DNA of 64,000 nucleotides from Deltaproteobacteria bacterium (lineage in GTDB: Bacteria > Desulfobacterota > Dissulfuribacteria > Dissulfuribacterales > UBA3076): assembly GCA_018399745.1 (NCBI GenBank), contig JAGYNZ010000010.1, positions 5,416-69,415 on the forward strand, given 5' to 3'. The position numbers and the translations under genes are program-made. Each line of letters opens with the position of its first letter. The stretch's first letter is position 1. The notes under the pieces are model-generated. The model ran no database searches, had not been told where the DNA came from, and saw nothing but the letters and a program-made list of their open reading frames with translations. Below are positions 9,187-20,380 of the stretch, one piece after another.

Positions 9187-12100
9187 TTATTCATTATCGG
9201 CGGCCTGCAACTTACTTCCTCCTGCCTCAACCATTGCAAGTATCTGCCGATCACGGAAGTGTCTCATATCAATGGCTTTTTGCGGACAGGCTGCGGCACA
9301 AATACCGCAACCCTTACAGAGGGCCGATATATTCTCAGCCCTGTATCCCTGTCCCGGGACCTGGACAAGGTGTACAGCTCCAAACGGACAAGATATCTCG
9401 CACAGCCCGCAGCCGATGCATTTTCCCTGGTCAACCACTGAAACAGTGGGCTCAACTTCCACTGACTCTTTGATCAACACTGATGCTGCCCTGGCGGCGG
9501 CCGCTTTTGCCTGGACTAAGGATTCCTCAAGGGGTTTGGGGTAATGGGCCAAACCGCATACAAATATCCCATCGGTGGCAAAATCTACCGGCCTCAACTT
9601 CATATGCGCCTCAAGGAAGAAGCCATCTTCGTTGAGGGGTACTTTCAGCATCTTGGCCAGTTTTTCATCGCCTCTCGGAATAATGGCCGTGGCGAGGTTC
9701 AGATAATCCACTTGGAGCTCAAGAGGGATACCGAGTATATGATCTCTGACCATAATTTTCAGTTTGCCTTTGCCGTCGATCAGGGTGTCTTCTACCACAG
9801 GTTTTTCATCAAGAGAGTAACGGATGAATATCACCCCTAATTCTCTTGCCTTTTTGTACAGTTGTTCCCTCTGTCCATAAGTGCGGATGTCACGATAGAT
9901 TATATACACATTCAATTCCGGTTTTCGTGTCTTAAAATCAATGGCCTGCTGCAAGGATGAGGTACAGCAAAACTTTGAGCAATAGGGACGTTCAGGTTCG
10001 CGAGACCCTACACACTGGATAAAGGCAACCGCCTCGGCCTGCTCAATCCTCTCGGGCTCTTTTTCAAAGAGTTCTTCAAGCTCATGCCATTTCATTACCC
10101 GCTCATTCTGCCCGTAGAGATATTCAACAGGCTTAAGAGGTTCGGCTCCAACGGCCAAAATGATAATACCATGCTCAATTTTCCTTTCAGTGGCTCCAGT
10201 CGTTACAGTAGTTTTAAAATTGCCTATAAACCCTGATAAACGGCTGATTTCAGCATCCAGCAACACCTCTATTTGCTCATGTGCCTGCACGCGTCCTACG
10301 AGATCTGTAAGAAAGGCACTTCCATCTTCACCTTTCCATGTCCTTTTGACATGTTTTGCATGTCCTCCAAGTTTTCCGTCTCGCTCTACAATAAAGGTCT
10401 TGAACCCCTGGTCGGCCAAGTCTAAGGCGGCAGTCATGCCAGCTGCGCCCCCGCCGATAATCAGCGCCTCATGCCGGTTTTCTAAAAGCAGAGGTTCTAT
10501 GGGTTCAAGCAATGCAGCCTTGGTCACAGACATCCGGACCATGTCTTTGGCCTTTTCAGTGGCCCTTTCCGGTTCCTTCTGATGCACCCATGCGTCTTGA
10601 TCCCTGATATTGGCAAATTCAAAGAGATATGGATTTAAACCCCCCTCCCTAATAGTTTCCTGAAAAAGCGCTTCATGGGTACGCGGAGTACACGCCGCTA
10701 CAACTACACGATTCAAACGGTTTTTCTTCACGGCATCCCGTATGAGACCCTGAGTATCCTGGCTGCATGTAAACATGTTGTCAGCTACGTATACGACATT
10801 AGGGAGCTTCTCGGCATAGTCGCGAACCGCCGGTACATCTACCACCCCTCCTATATTGATGCCGCAGTGGCATACAAAGACTCCAATTCTGGGCTCTTCA
10901 TGAATAATGGGGTCTTCCGGCGGATAGGTCTTTTGTTGTGTAAGTGTATTTCGTGATTCGGCCAGGAGCACGGCACAGGCGGAAGATGCAGCAGATGACT
11001 CCATGACTGATTGAGGAATATCCTTCGGGCCGGCAAAGGCCCCACAGGCAAAAATCCCTGGTCTGGAAGTGGCAACCGGTGTAAAGGAACTGGTTTTGGC
11101 AAACCCATAAATATCAAGTTCAATTCCGAGGTCTTGGGCCAGATTACGCATTTCTTCCGATATCTCAACACCAGTTGAAAGCACTACCAGGTTAAAAACT
11201 TCTTCCTGCCGCCTGCCGTCTTTACCTACATATATAATCTTCAGATCATCAGAATCTGGTCCCCCGGCACGTTCGATAGAATGGACACGTGATCTTATAA
11301 ATCTGACCCCCGCCTCCTTTTCAGCTCGGTCGTAATATCTGTCGAACTCCTTTCCGTGAGTTCTCATATCCATAAAGAAGATGGCCGTATCAAGGTCCTT
11401 CCCGCCATGTTCCTTGGCAATGACCGCCTCTTTAATCGCATACATACAACAGACGCCCGAGCAATATTCATGACAACCGGCATGTAAATCGCGAGACCCT
11501 ATGCACTGAAGCCACGCAATTTTTTGGGGCGGCTGTTTATCGGAAGGGCGTTGCAGATGGCCATGAAAAGGACCTGAGGCACTCAATATGCGCTCAAATT
11601 CCATGCTTGTGATGACATTCGGAAGGCTACCGTATCCATAAATATCATATCCACTGGGATCAAAGGATTTAAAGCCGGTGGACAGGACAACAGACCCTAC
11701 TTTGATTTTATGGATCTTTTCTCTCTGTGTAAAATCGATTGCACCTGCCGGACAGTACTTTTCGCAGGCCCTGCATCTGCCCTTTTTCTTGAAATAGATA
11801 CAATTATCCGCATCAATTGCATATTTGAGCGGTACTGCCTGGGCATATTGCAAGTAAATGGCCTTGCGTTGAGCCAGGCCCTGGTTGTATTCATCCTTGA
11901 CCTTGCGGGGGCATCTTTCAGCACATATCCCACAGGCGATACATTTATCCATGTCCACATAGCGAGGACGTTCGCGGACAGTTACCGTAAAATTCCCCGC
12001 CTCACCCTCAATGGATTTCAAATCCGCCAGGGTGATGAGATTGATGTTCAGGTGCCGGCCGACCTCGACCAGTTTAGGAGATATAATTCACATCGCACAG

Positions 12101-12267
12101 TCGTTTGTGGGAAACGTTTTGTCCAGTGCGCTCATCACACCGCCGATGGCAGCGGACTTTTCAACAATGTGTACGAGGAAGCCAGAATTCGCCAGATCCA
12201 GAGCCGCCTGTATCCCGGCAATCCCTCCACCAACAACCATCACCGATCCTTTTATGTCATTTGACAT
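9187..12267 (-). CDS. hdrA: Selenocysteine-containing HdrA-like flavoprotein, Sec60, 1026 aa
   Basis: ATG 12267 (GGAG RBS), MSNDIKGSVMVVGGGIAGIQAAL...[12 protein letters not shown] with TGA at 12090-12088, in frame with ORF 9187..12021. Confidence 0.95.
12055..12072 (-). promoter_or_regulatory. Bacterial SECIS hairpin (hdrA, upstream copy)
   Basis: CTGGTCG-AGGT-CGGCCGG, loop G at +24. Confidence 0.85.
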
Positions 12268-12421
12268 GAAAATATCTCCCTCTTAAGAACCTGTTGCTAG
12301 GGTCGATGCCATAACTTTTGTCAGACATCTCTCAATTCATGGACCTTCTTTATCTCTTTCTCCTTCCATGGCTGCTATCCGAATATCAATCTTCAGTATG
12401 AAATCCTTTCTGACCACTCTC

Positions 12422-13729
12422 TTAGGCACCATAAACAGCAACCTCTCTAAGATCATCGCCTAAGTATGCGCGTTCATTTTCACCAAGTATTCCAAGAGAT
12501 AAGCAAAGCAATGTCCACAAATGAACTACCGAATAATTTCCTTTATAATACTTACTCAATTCATGAATCTGCGAATGGCAATTATGACATGCGGCAATAC
12601 AATAATCTGCCCCAGTAGCCTTAATCTGTTTGTCCTTAACTAATCCATACTGTAAACGCTGTTCTTTATAACCAGCCTGAAGGGCACCTCCACCGCCACC
12701 GCAGCAGTAATTGTTTGACTTGTTCGGCGTCATATCAATAAAATTTTCTTCGCCCACAATTGACTTAACCACATAACGCAGATCATCAGCGACGACATCT
12801 CCATAGGATTTGCGGACAATCTGACACGGGTCCTGAACAGTAAATTTAATCTTCAAATCTTTATTCCAGTCAGAATTTACCTTCAGTTTTCCCTCTCTGA
12901 TCCATTTGGCATAATATTGGTACATGCAGGCGATTTCCATGTCATGTTCTATATTGAATTTTTTCAGTCCGTACCGGACTGCATAGGTTACATGTCCTCA
13001 TTCAGTATTGAGAAAGACCTTACATTCAAGCTCTTTCGCTGCTTTTATACTTGTTTCGACAATTTTCTTCCATGAATCATCATCGGCAAGAAACATGCAG
13101 TAATTTTCTGCGGCCCATCCTTTTGATCCATAAGTCCAATCAGCACCCACGATATGAAGAATCTTCCATAAAGGAACCATCTCATCCGGTTCTGTTACAG
13201 GCTCTCTGGAATTCTGATTTAAGAAGAAGTGAGCGCCTTTTTTGTCAATAGGTGCCTTCATATCTTTAAATTCAGGCTGTGCCTCTCGATATTCCTCGAG
13301 AACATCTCCAACCACAAAAGCAAAATCTTCAGGTGGCGTTCCCATGGCACTGCGACTCATATTTCTTAATGCCATATCGCATGATCCGACAAGCCCCTTC
13401 GGCCTTTTTTCTCTTGGCCAGCTGGCTCTGGCGGCGTATACCAACGCGGGTATATCAATTTTCATTGGACATGCATAAACACACCGGTAACACATGGTGC
13501 ACATCCATATCCATGGTGTACTTGTTAATTCTTCATCCAGCCCAAGGGCAGCCATGCGCAAAAATTTTCTTGGGTCCATATTTTCTAGACCCGTTGCCGG
13601 GCAGCCAGATGAACAGGCACCGCAAGTCAGACAAAGGTTGAGATTTCCCCCTTCGGGAAGAAGTTTTTTTACTTTATCAATAAAAATACTTTTTCTTTTT
13701 CCACCAAGTTTGATTGCCTCTTCAGCCAT
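12422..13729 (-). CDS. Selenocysteine-containing HdrD-like Fe-S oxidoreductase (2x4Fe-4S plus CCG domains), Sec244, 435 aa
   Basis: CLTCGACSSGCP and CTMCYRCVYACP; TGA 13000-12998 in NTEUGH (canonical ECGH), in frame with ORF 12422..12940 carrying QDPC, CCGGGGG and CHNC. Confidence 0.92.
12965..12981 (-). promoter_or_regulatory. Bacterial SECIS hairpin (hdrD-like)
   Basis: CAGTCCG-GTA-CGGACTG perfect 7-bp stem, loop G at +24. Confidence 0.88.
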
Positions 13730-13841
13730 ATTTTATTACCCTCCATAGTGGAATTAAACCCGGTTCATTCGACAATATATGGTAAATGGTAGGTTGCATA
13801 ATTTGCTAATTGAAATTGATTCTAAGAAACTATCTAGCATT

Positions 13842-13870
13842 TTTTTAGTCCTTTGATCTAAATAAGTCAA
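13842..13870 (-). promoter_or_regulatory. Putative sigma-70 promoter of the hdr-flx operon
   Basis: TTGACT-N17-TAAAAA on the minus strand, ~110 nt upstream of the hdrD-like start. Confidence 0.4.
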
Positions 13871-13937
13871 CCCGGTTTTTTTACAAATATGTGGAGCACT
13901 ATAAGAATCGCATCAATAATGAGGGTCAGTAAAGCAT

Positions 13938-15131
13938 CTATTCCCGCACGCTGATTCGTGAAATCGACTCTTCCCCCCGTATCAAAAGGATGAAAGACAA
14001 GATCCCTGCTGTCATTATTATTGCCCCCAGGGGGAACGCATTCTTGAGACCAAAATAATCCATGATAATACCGGCAAAAAAAGAACCTAGCAACATTCCC
14101 AGGCTGTGCCCCATTGTCAGAAGTCCCATGATTGATCCCATGGATTTGGTTTCATTGCCTTTTATTACACAAAGCGCCATTACCGGGGGAGTTGACAATC
14201 CACCTCCAACTCCAAAGAGGACATCCGCAACAATTATATCCCAAAATCCCTCTGCCCATGAAAATGAATATATTGCGTAAACGATTATCAGGCAGCCGGA
14301 TATAATCATATACTTTTTGTTAAGCCGGTCAGCCAGCAGGCCCATCGGCACCTGCAACATTCCGCTTATACATACTCCCAGCATGACAAGAATCCCGATC
14401 AAGGAACCTGAAAACCCGAACTCTAAATCCACATAAACGGGCAGGAAGCACCATATGATTCCAATGCAGAATATATAGCAAAGCCTTAAAATGAACAGTC
14501 CTGCTACAACCCTGTCCTTTAATAGCCCGGTAATCAAAGCCGGAGACCTATCCCTTCTCGCAACCCTTTCAGAACTGACAGGCGGCAGCAGGAAAAGGCT
14601 TAACATGCAGCCTATAAATGCAAGAATACCCATAGACGCAAAGGCTGAATTCAGGCTGAATTTATCACTGATCACCCCACCTGCAATAGGGCCGATGCTC
14701 AGGCTAAGAAACAGGGACAGATTAAAAAGACCCATATAAAAACCCTCGCTCCCTTCAGGTGTGATATCTCCTATATAGGCCTGTGCAACCGGCATGATCA
14801 TGGCAGACGCCATACCCTGTAAAAATCTTATGGCAATCAATGAATTGACATCGGATGAAAACATGAATGCAATCGAAACCAATGTATAGCCAAGCAGACC
14901 TGCGACAATAAAAGGCTTGCGCCCTTTTCTGTCTGAAGTCTTGCCAAAATATGGCAGTAGAAAAGTTCGTGAGAGGGAGAACGCACCGAAGATCAGGCTT
15001 ATATAAAGACCAGTAGCTCCAAGATTATGGGCATATACCGGCAGAAGCGGGACCACTATTCCCACGCCTGTAACAGACGTAAAAATGGAAAAGAAAATAG
15101 TCGCAAATATCTTTTTGTCAGATAAATTCAT
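13938..15131 (-). CDS. MFS transporter (DHA1-like)
   Basis: About 12 hydrophobic segments; GKTSDRKGRK and GLLADRLNKK motif A repeats. Confidence 0.9.
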   Translation of the reverse strand: MNLSDKKIFATIFFSIFTSVTGVGIVVPLLPVYAHNLGATGLYISLIFGAFSLSRTFLLPYFGKTSDRKGRKPFIVAGLLGYTLVSIAFMFSSDVNSLIAIRFLQGMASAMIMPVAQAYIGDITPEGSEGFYMGLFNLSLFLSLSIGPIAGGVISDKFSLNSAFASMGILAFIGCMLSLFLLPPVSSERVARRDRSPALITGLLKDRVVAGLFILRLCYIFCIGIIWCFLPVYVDLEFGFSGSLIGILVMLGVCISGMLQVPMGLLADRLNKKYMIISGCLIIVYAIYSFSWAEGFWDIIVADVLFGVGGGLSTPPVMALCVIKGNETKSMGSIMGLLTMGHSLGMLLGSFFAGIIMDYFGLKNAFPLGAIIMTAGILSFILLIRGEESISRISVRE

Positions 15132-15236
15132 ATGAGAGGGGAGGGGACCGGAAAATAATGCTTTTTACTCGGCGTGAAACGTATCAATCAATCGAAATCG
15201 GCCAATATGACTACTTTTGATTTTTTTGATAGAAGT

Positions 15237-16151
15237 TCAGTCCCGAGGCACGGCCATCATACGTTCTACGGCCTTGAGGGCTCTTAAACGAATCGGTTCG
15301 GGCAAAATAATTACCGGCCCTTCTGTCTGAAGCGCCCTCAACAACTCCTTCAGGCCTGTTTTTTTCATGTCTTTACAGATCATTTCGGAAGAAGCGGCAT
15401 AAAATTGTTTCGCCGGGTTTTGCTTTTTCAACTGATGTAATAGTCCTACCTCTGTAGCAACAATGAATTCCTTTGCCTTGGATTCCGCTGCAAAGATGAG
15501 CATGCCGCTGGTACTCCTTACCGCGTCCGCCATGTCCAGCACCTCGGGAACACATTCGGGATGCGCCATCAGCAGTGCCTCAGGATGAGCGGCTTTTGCC
15601 TTCTTGATCTGGTCAATAGTGAGTTCATTGTGAATCGGGCAATAGCCGGACCAGTAATGGATCTTTTTATCTGTGTGCCTCTGCGCCCACATTGCCAAAT
15701 TTTTGTCCGGGGTCATAAGGACTTCAGTTGCCTTTAAAGATTTAACGACCTGCACTGCGTTTGCTGAGGTGCAGCAGATATCGCTTTCTGCCTTTACTTC
15801 GGCTGTAGAATTTACATATGTGACCACAGGAATGCCTGGATACTTTGCTTTCTCAGCCTTAAGTTCTGAGGCGTTCAGCATATCAGCCATACCACAACCC
15901 GCATTTTTTACGGGCAGTATCACCTTTTTATCCGGGCATACAATGGCGGCGGTCTCAGCCATAAAACGGACTCCGCAAAATATTATGATATCGGCTTCAG
16001 TCTCTGATGCCTGGATACTCAGGGCCAGAGAATCCCCTGTGAGGTCTGCAATATCCTGAACCTCAGGCACCTGGTAATTGTGAGCCAGAATAATAGCGTT
16101 TTTCTCTTTTGCTAATTCACGGATTTTTCCGGCTAACTCTTTATTAGACAT
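15237..16151 (-). CDS. nadA: Quinolinate synthase
   Basis: ILAHNYQ, FCGVRFMAETA, YVNS, CCTSANA, AHPEC motifs. Confidence 0.97.
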   Translation of the reverse strand: MSNKELAGKIRELAKEKNAIILAHNYQVPEVQDIADLTGDSLALSIQASETEADIIIFCGVRFMAETAAIVCPDKKVILPVKNAGCGMADMLNASELKAEKAKYPGIPVVTYVNSTAEVKAESDICCTSANAVQVVKSLKATEVLMTPDKNLAMWAQRHTDKKIHYWSGYCPIHNELTIDQIKKAKAAHPEALLMAHPECVPEVLDMADAVRSTSGMLIFAAESKAKEFIVATEVGLLHQLKKQNPAKQFYAASSEMICKDMKKTGLKELLRALQTEGPVIILPEPIRLRALKAVERMMAVPRD

Positions 16152-16166
16152 CTTGCTCTCCTGACC

Positions 16167-16850
16167 TCAATCCTCAGAACCATCTGCACGGTAGATTTCT
16201 GCACCCTGAGGCGGAGCAAACTGGAAAAGATCGTCTGAAAGGCCCTTATTGACCTTGGCATTGCTAAATACTAGATGTGTTTTTCCACCTAACAGGTCTT
16301 CCAGCCACATCTCCCTTATCAGATGTGTGTCAGGATCCAGGACAATCCATATCGCGCATACCTCCGGTACCGTATCCCTCGGAATAAGCTTCAGCATCCA
16401 TCTGGCCTCTGGTTGATCTTTTTGAGGATTTTCTACTTTAAAATAGCGCTTTATGTCGCCTTTTCCGAAAAAAAAGGCCTTGCTTATCTCAGTTGAAAGT
16501 AATTGATTCCTGGGAAGTATCATTACCTGATTTGCTTCCTTCTCATATACATATACCTCTTGCCCGCTAGTAACAATGAGCTGCGGTTCCGGTGTACTAT
16601 ATTCCCAGCGCATTCGGTGTGGACGGCTGAAATAGACCCTTCCTTCTGCCTTGAGGCCTTCTGAAGAACCAGCGGCAAACGTCTCCTGTCTGAAATCGGC
16701 CGTGATATCAGTCGTGTTTTCGTACTTTTTTTGCAGCAGTGCTATAAGAGTTTGTGCACGATCTGAAAGACTCTCTGCCATAGATTTTGGAACTGGAGTA
16801 AACAGCATAACTACAAGTAATAAAACATAAAATAAGCGCACATTGTGCAT
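16167..16850 (-). CDS. lolA: Outer-membrane lipoprotein carrier LolA
   Basis: Signal peptide; ADFRQ, G.VYFSRP..MRWEY..P..QLIV and F.F.PP.GA motifs. Confidence 0.85.
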   Translation of the reverse strand: MHNVRLFYVLLLVVMLFTPVPKSMAESLSDRAQTLIALLQKKYENTTDITADFRQETFAAGSSEGLKAEGRVYFSRPHRMRWEYSTPEPQLIVTSGQEVYVYEKEANQVMILPRNQLLSTEISKAFFFGKGDIKRYFKVENPQKDQPEARWMLKLIPRDTVPEVCAIWIVLDPDTHLIREMWLEDLLGGKTHLVFSNAKVNKGLSDDLFQFAPPQGAEIYRADGSED

Positions 16851-17175
16851 AATTACGTCTCCATTTGAATATCAAACGATATCTTGTTCGAATACTAAAG
16901 TATTTTTTCAGGTTAATCCAGCATTACCTATGTTTTATATTAGATTTGATATATTTAGGGCAAATTTAAAAAATTTCTTATACGAATTTCAACGATCACA
17001 TTGTCCAATTCATGACTTTTCGTTAATACATGTCCAAAAATAGAGGCTTCTATACGCTTAACTTCTTGGACACGGGATATGAAAATTATTTCGATCTGTG
17101 CGGTTTCGCTGGTTTTTTTTATGCCCGGCCCTGCAGATTGCGTTTCCATTCACAAAGTGTTATCAGTCATAAATT

Positions 17176-17598
17176 ATGATAGCCTTTGATTTACGTTGCG
17201 ACCAAGATCATACCTTTGAAGCCTGGTTTCAAGATGGACAGGCGTATGAGACACAGAGGGAAAAGGGTCTGTTGACTTGTCCCGTCTGTGGCAGCAACAG
17301 GGTCAAGAAAATTCCCTCTGCAGTTGCAGTATGTAAGAGGTATATGGGAAAAGACGGATGTACCTCGAAAGCGGTCTTAAGTGAGGTGCTTAATAATATC
17401 TATACTATAGTAAAAGAAAATACAGAGGACGTTGGAGCAGCATTCGCACAAGAGGCCCTTAAAATACATTATGGTGTGATTGAGAGTCGCAACATAAGGG
17501 GAGTTACTACACCTGATGAAGAAAAAATTCTTAAGGAAGAAGGAATTTCCTTTATGAAAATTCCAATACCGGAAAAAATTTCTACAAAGGGCCATTGA
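17176..17598 (+). CDS. DUF1178 family protein
   Basis: MI.FDLRC...H.FEAWF, CPVCGS, EDVG..FA.EALKIHYG, IRG motifs. Confidence 0.88.
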   Translation: MIAFDLRCDQDHTFEAWFQDGQAYETQREKGLLTCPVCGSNRVKKIPSAVAVCKRYMGKDGCTSKAVLSEVLNNIYTIVKENTEDVGAAFAQEALKIHYGVIESRNIRGVTTPDEEKILKEEGISFMKIPIPEKISTKGH

Positions 17599-17611
17599 AA
17601 TAACCATAGAT

Positions 17612-18076
17612 ATGGAAAAAAAGGTTTTACTTCGTGTTGAATATGGAAGACTGGTAGAAATGGAATATCAAGTCAGGTTATCATCAGGGAAAATAGTGGA
17701 TTCCTCTGAAAAGTCAGGGGGATCAGTAACTTTTATATGCGGAAAGGGAAATTTTCCCAAACCTGTCGAGGAAAATATTGTAGGGCTTGCTCCAGGAGAA
17801 AAAAAGGTGATATTTGTCTCCCCAAACCACACCTATGGACACTACGATCCACGGAAGATATCACTGGTGGCCCTGGAAAGGATTTCAGGCAAAGCGGAAG
17901 TGGGCAAGGTGGTCAAGGTCTCCGATGAATATGGCTTAAGACGACCAGCTTTAGTCAAGTCCCTTTGGGGAAGCGCCATTATGTTGGACTTTAACCATCC
18001 CCTGGCCGGCAAGACCTTACATTTTGAAGTATTTGTAAAAGATGTGCGCGTTACTACAACACAAGAGGATATTTAG
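17612..18076 (+). CDS. FKBP-type peptidyl-prolyl isomerase (SlyD-like, no His-rich tail)
   Basis: G.IVDSS and LDFNHPLAGKTLHFEV motifs. Confidence 0.85.
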   Translation: MEKKVLLRVEYGRLVEMEYQVRLSSGKIVDSSEKSGGSVTFICGKGNFPKPVEENIVGLAPGEKKVIFVSPNHTYGHYDPRKISLVALERISGKAEVGKVVKVSDEYGLRRPALVKSLWGSAIMLDFNHPLAGKTLHFEVFVKDVRVTTTQEDI

Positions 18077-18154
18077 TCAAAAGCCATTTAATTTAACCTG
18101 ATAAAATTATACACGATCCCTTTTCCCCCATCGATTTAGAGGTAGTTTTAGACT

Positions 18155-19240
18155 ATGAAAAAAGCCATTCAAAAAGCAGGACTGTCTGAGATATACGAAA
18201 AGGTCCTGTCCGACACTCGCTTAAGCGCTGAAGATGGAGCAATGCTTTTCTCCACCAGTCATCTGCCGGCCCTTGGTTATTTGGCCAATCTAGTAAGAGA
18301 AAAGTTCAACGGCAACCAAGCCTATTATATATATAATCAGCACATAAACTATTCTAATATTTGTATAAATTTGTGTAAATTCTGCGCCTTCGGAAAGGAA
18401 AAAAACCACCCGGAGGCCTATGAGATGTCCATAGAAGATATAGTCTCTAAAATAAGAGAGAGACATGCCGAACCCATCACAGAGGTACACATTGTCGGCG
18501 GATTGCATCCAGATCTCCCTTACCAATATTATATTGACATGATTAAGGCCATAAAGGACGAAAGACCTGAGATCCACATCCAGGCCTTTACCTGTGTAGA
18601 GATAGCACATTTGGCAGCCATTTCGGGTCAGTCAACTGCCGAGACTTTGGAAGATCTTATACGAGCTGGTTTGGGATCCATTCCTGGTGGAGGAGCAGAG
18701 GTCTTCAGTACCAGAATACGGGAAAAGCTCTGTCCCAGGAAGCTCCCTGGAAAAGACTGGCTTGATGTTGCGAGGACCTCCCATAAAGCAGGTCTCAGGA
18801 CCAATGCCACCATGCTTTACGGACATATTGAGACAATATCTGAACGGATCGAGCATCTGCTGGCCCTGAGAGAGGCCCAGGACGAGACAGGCGGATTTTT
18901 GTGTTATATCCCTCTTGCCTTTCACCCCAAAAACACAAAGCTGGAATACCTTGCATCCACTGGCGGGGTGGATGATATTAAAAATATTGCTGTATCACGA
19001 CTCATGCTCGATAACTTTTCACATATCAAGGCCTATTGGGTAATGCTTGGGCCAAAGGTTGCTCAAATCGCCCTGTCTTTTGGTGCGGACGATTTAGACG
19101 GCACCGTCTTGGAAGAAAAGATTACCCATATGGCAGGGGCAGATACCTCCCAAGCTATGACCCGTGCAGAAATTGAATATCTTATTAAACAGGCAGGGAG
19201 AGATCCGATAGAGCGTGACACTCTCTACGAGCCGGTCTGA
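18155..19240 (+). CDS. mqnE: Aminofutalosine synthase (radical SAM)
   Basis: NQHINYSNICINLCKFCAF, IPGGGAE, HIKAYW and GT.LEEKITHMAGA motifs; mqn operon context. Confidence 0.92.
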   Translation: MKKAIQKAGLSEIYEKVLSDTRLSAEDGAMLFSTSHLPALGYLANLVREKFNGNQAYYIYNQHINYSNICINLCKFCAFGKEKNHPEAYEMSIEDIVSKIRERHAEPITEVHIVGGLHPDLPYQYYIDMIKAIKDERPEIHIQAFTCVEIAHLAAISGQSTAETLEDLIRAGLGSIPGGGAEVFSTRIREKLCPRKLPGKDWLDVARTSHKAGLRTNATMLYGHIETISERIEHLLALREAQDETGGFLCYIPLAFHPKNTKLEYLASTGGVDDIKNIAVSRLMLDNFSHIKAYWVMLGPKVAQIALSFGADDLDGTVLEEKITHMAGADTSQAMTRAEIEYLIKQAGRDPIERDTLYEPV

Positions 19241-20366
19241 GACCACTTCCACCATGATTGCCCCCATAATATCAAGGCTTCGGTCGGGCAGACGTCTTTC
19301 AGGCGACGAAGCCCTCGTACTTTATAAAGAGGCAGACCTGAATGTACTTGGCCAGCTTGCCGACGAGATAAGGCTGAAGCTGCATCCAAACCCTATTGTC
19401 ACATATGTCATAGACCGGAACATCAACTATACCAATATATGCATATCAGGTTGCAAGTTCTGCGCTTATTACCGTGCCCCTGGTGACACTTCGGGCTATG
19501 TGCTTTCCCGAAAAGAATTGGCTGAGAAGTTAAAAGAGACAAAATCGCTCGGGGGTACTCAGATCCTGCTGCAAGGGGGGCTCCATCCCGACCTTCCCCT
19601 TTCATTTTATGAAGAAATGCTCTCTTTTATAAAAGATGGTTTTGCAATCCATTGTCACGCCTTTTCTCCTCCTGAGATTGTTCATATTGCCAATATTTCC
19701 TCTCTGTCTATAAAAGAGGTCCTGGTTAGGCTCATTGAAGCCGGTCTCGATTCCATCCCGGGAGGCGGAGCGGAAATCCTGACAGACAGAGTGAGAAAGC
19801 AGATCTCCCCGAGAAAGGCCTCAACTGATGAGTGGCTTAATGTAATGGAGACAGCCCACGGCTTAGGGCTTAAGACCACTGCCACCATGATGTACGGGCA
19901 TGTGGAGAGGCTGGATGAAAGAATCGAACACCTTTTGCGTCTTAGAGACCTTCAAGACCGCACAGGCGGATTTACGGCCTTTATAGCCTGGCCCTTTCAA
20001 CCCCAAAATACTGCTCTTGACGTTAAGCCATCTACTGGACAGGAGTATTTGAGACTAATTTCCATAGCCAGAATTGTTCTGGATAACTTCCCGAACCTTC
20101 AGGCCTCATGGGTTACACAGGGTCCAAAAGTGGCGCAGATCGCCCTGTTTTTTGGGGCCAACGATTTTGGCAGCACAATGATTGAGGAAAATGTAGTCGC
20201 AGCGGCCGGGGTAAGTCATAGACTCTCGGAAGCAGAAATACGCAGAATCGTAACAAGTGCAGGCTTTCAACCCCGTCAGCGTCTGATGGACTATACCTTA
20301 TTTCATGAATCCGGTTCTAACGTGCAGGGTAAAAAAATGTGCATTGATCAGCAAACGTTCGATTGA
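19215..20366 (+). CDS. mqnC: Cyclic dehypoxanthine futalosine synthase (radical SAM); start may be ATG 19254
   Basis: DRNINYTNIC..GCKFC, LQASWVTQG and ANDFGSTMIEENVV motifs. Confidence 0.93.
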   Translation: MTLSTSRSETTSTMIAPIISRLRSGRRLSGDEALVLYKEADLNVLGQLADEIRLKLHPNPIVTYVIDRNINYTNICISGCKFCAYYRAPGDTSGYVLSRKELAEKLKETKSLGGTQILLQGGLHPDLPLSFYEEMLSFIKDGFAIHCHAFSPPEIVHIANISSLSIKEVLVRLIEAGLDSIPGGGAEILTDRVRKQISPRKASTDEWLNVMETAHGLGLKTTATMMYGHVERLDERIEHLLRLRDLQDRTGGFTAFIAWPFQPQNTALDVKPSTGQEYLRLISIARIVLDNFPNLQASWVTQGPKVAQIALFFGANDFGSTMIEENVVAAAGVSHRLSEAEIRRIVTSAGFQPRQRLMDYTLFHESGSNVQGKKMCIDQQTFD

Positions 20367-20380
20367 GATAGTCCCAAACG

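Noticed and set aside
4544-13729. Reading the split hdrA/mvhD/hdrD ORFs as pseudogenes or sequencing errors
   Set aside because: Every break is a single in-frame TGA at a conserved Cys position with a correctly spaced hairpin, and selD is present; Sec recoding explains all of them.
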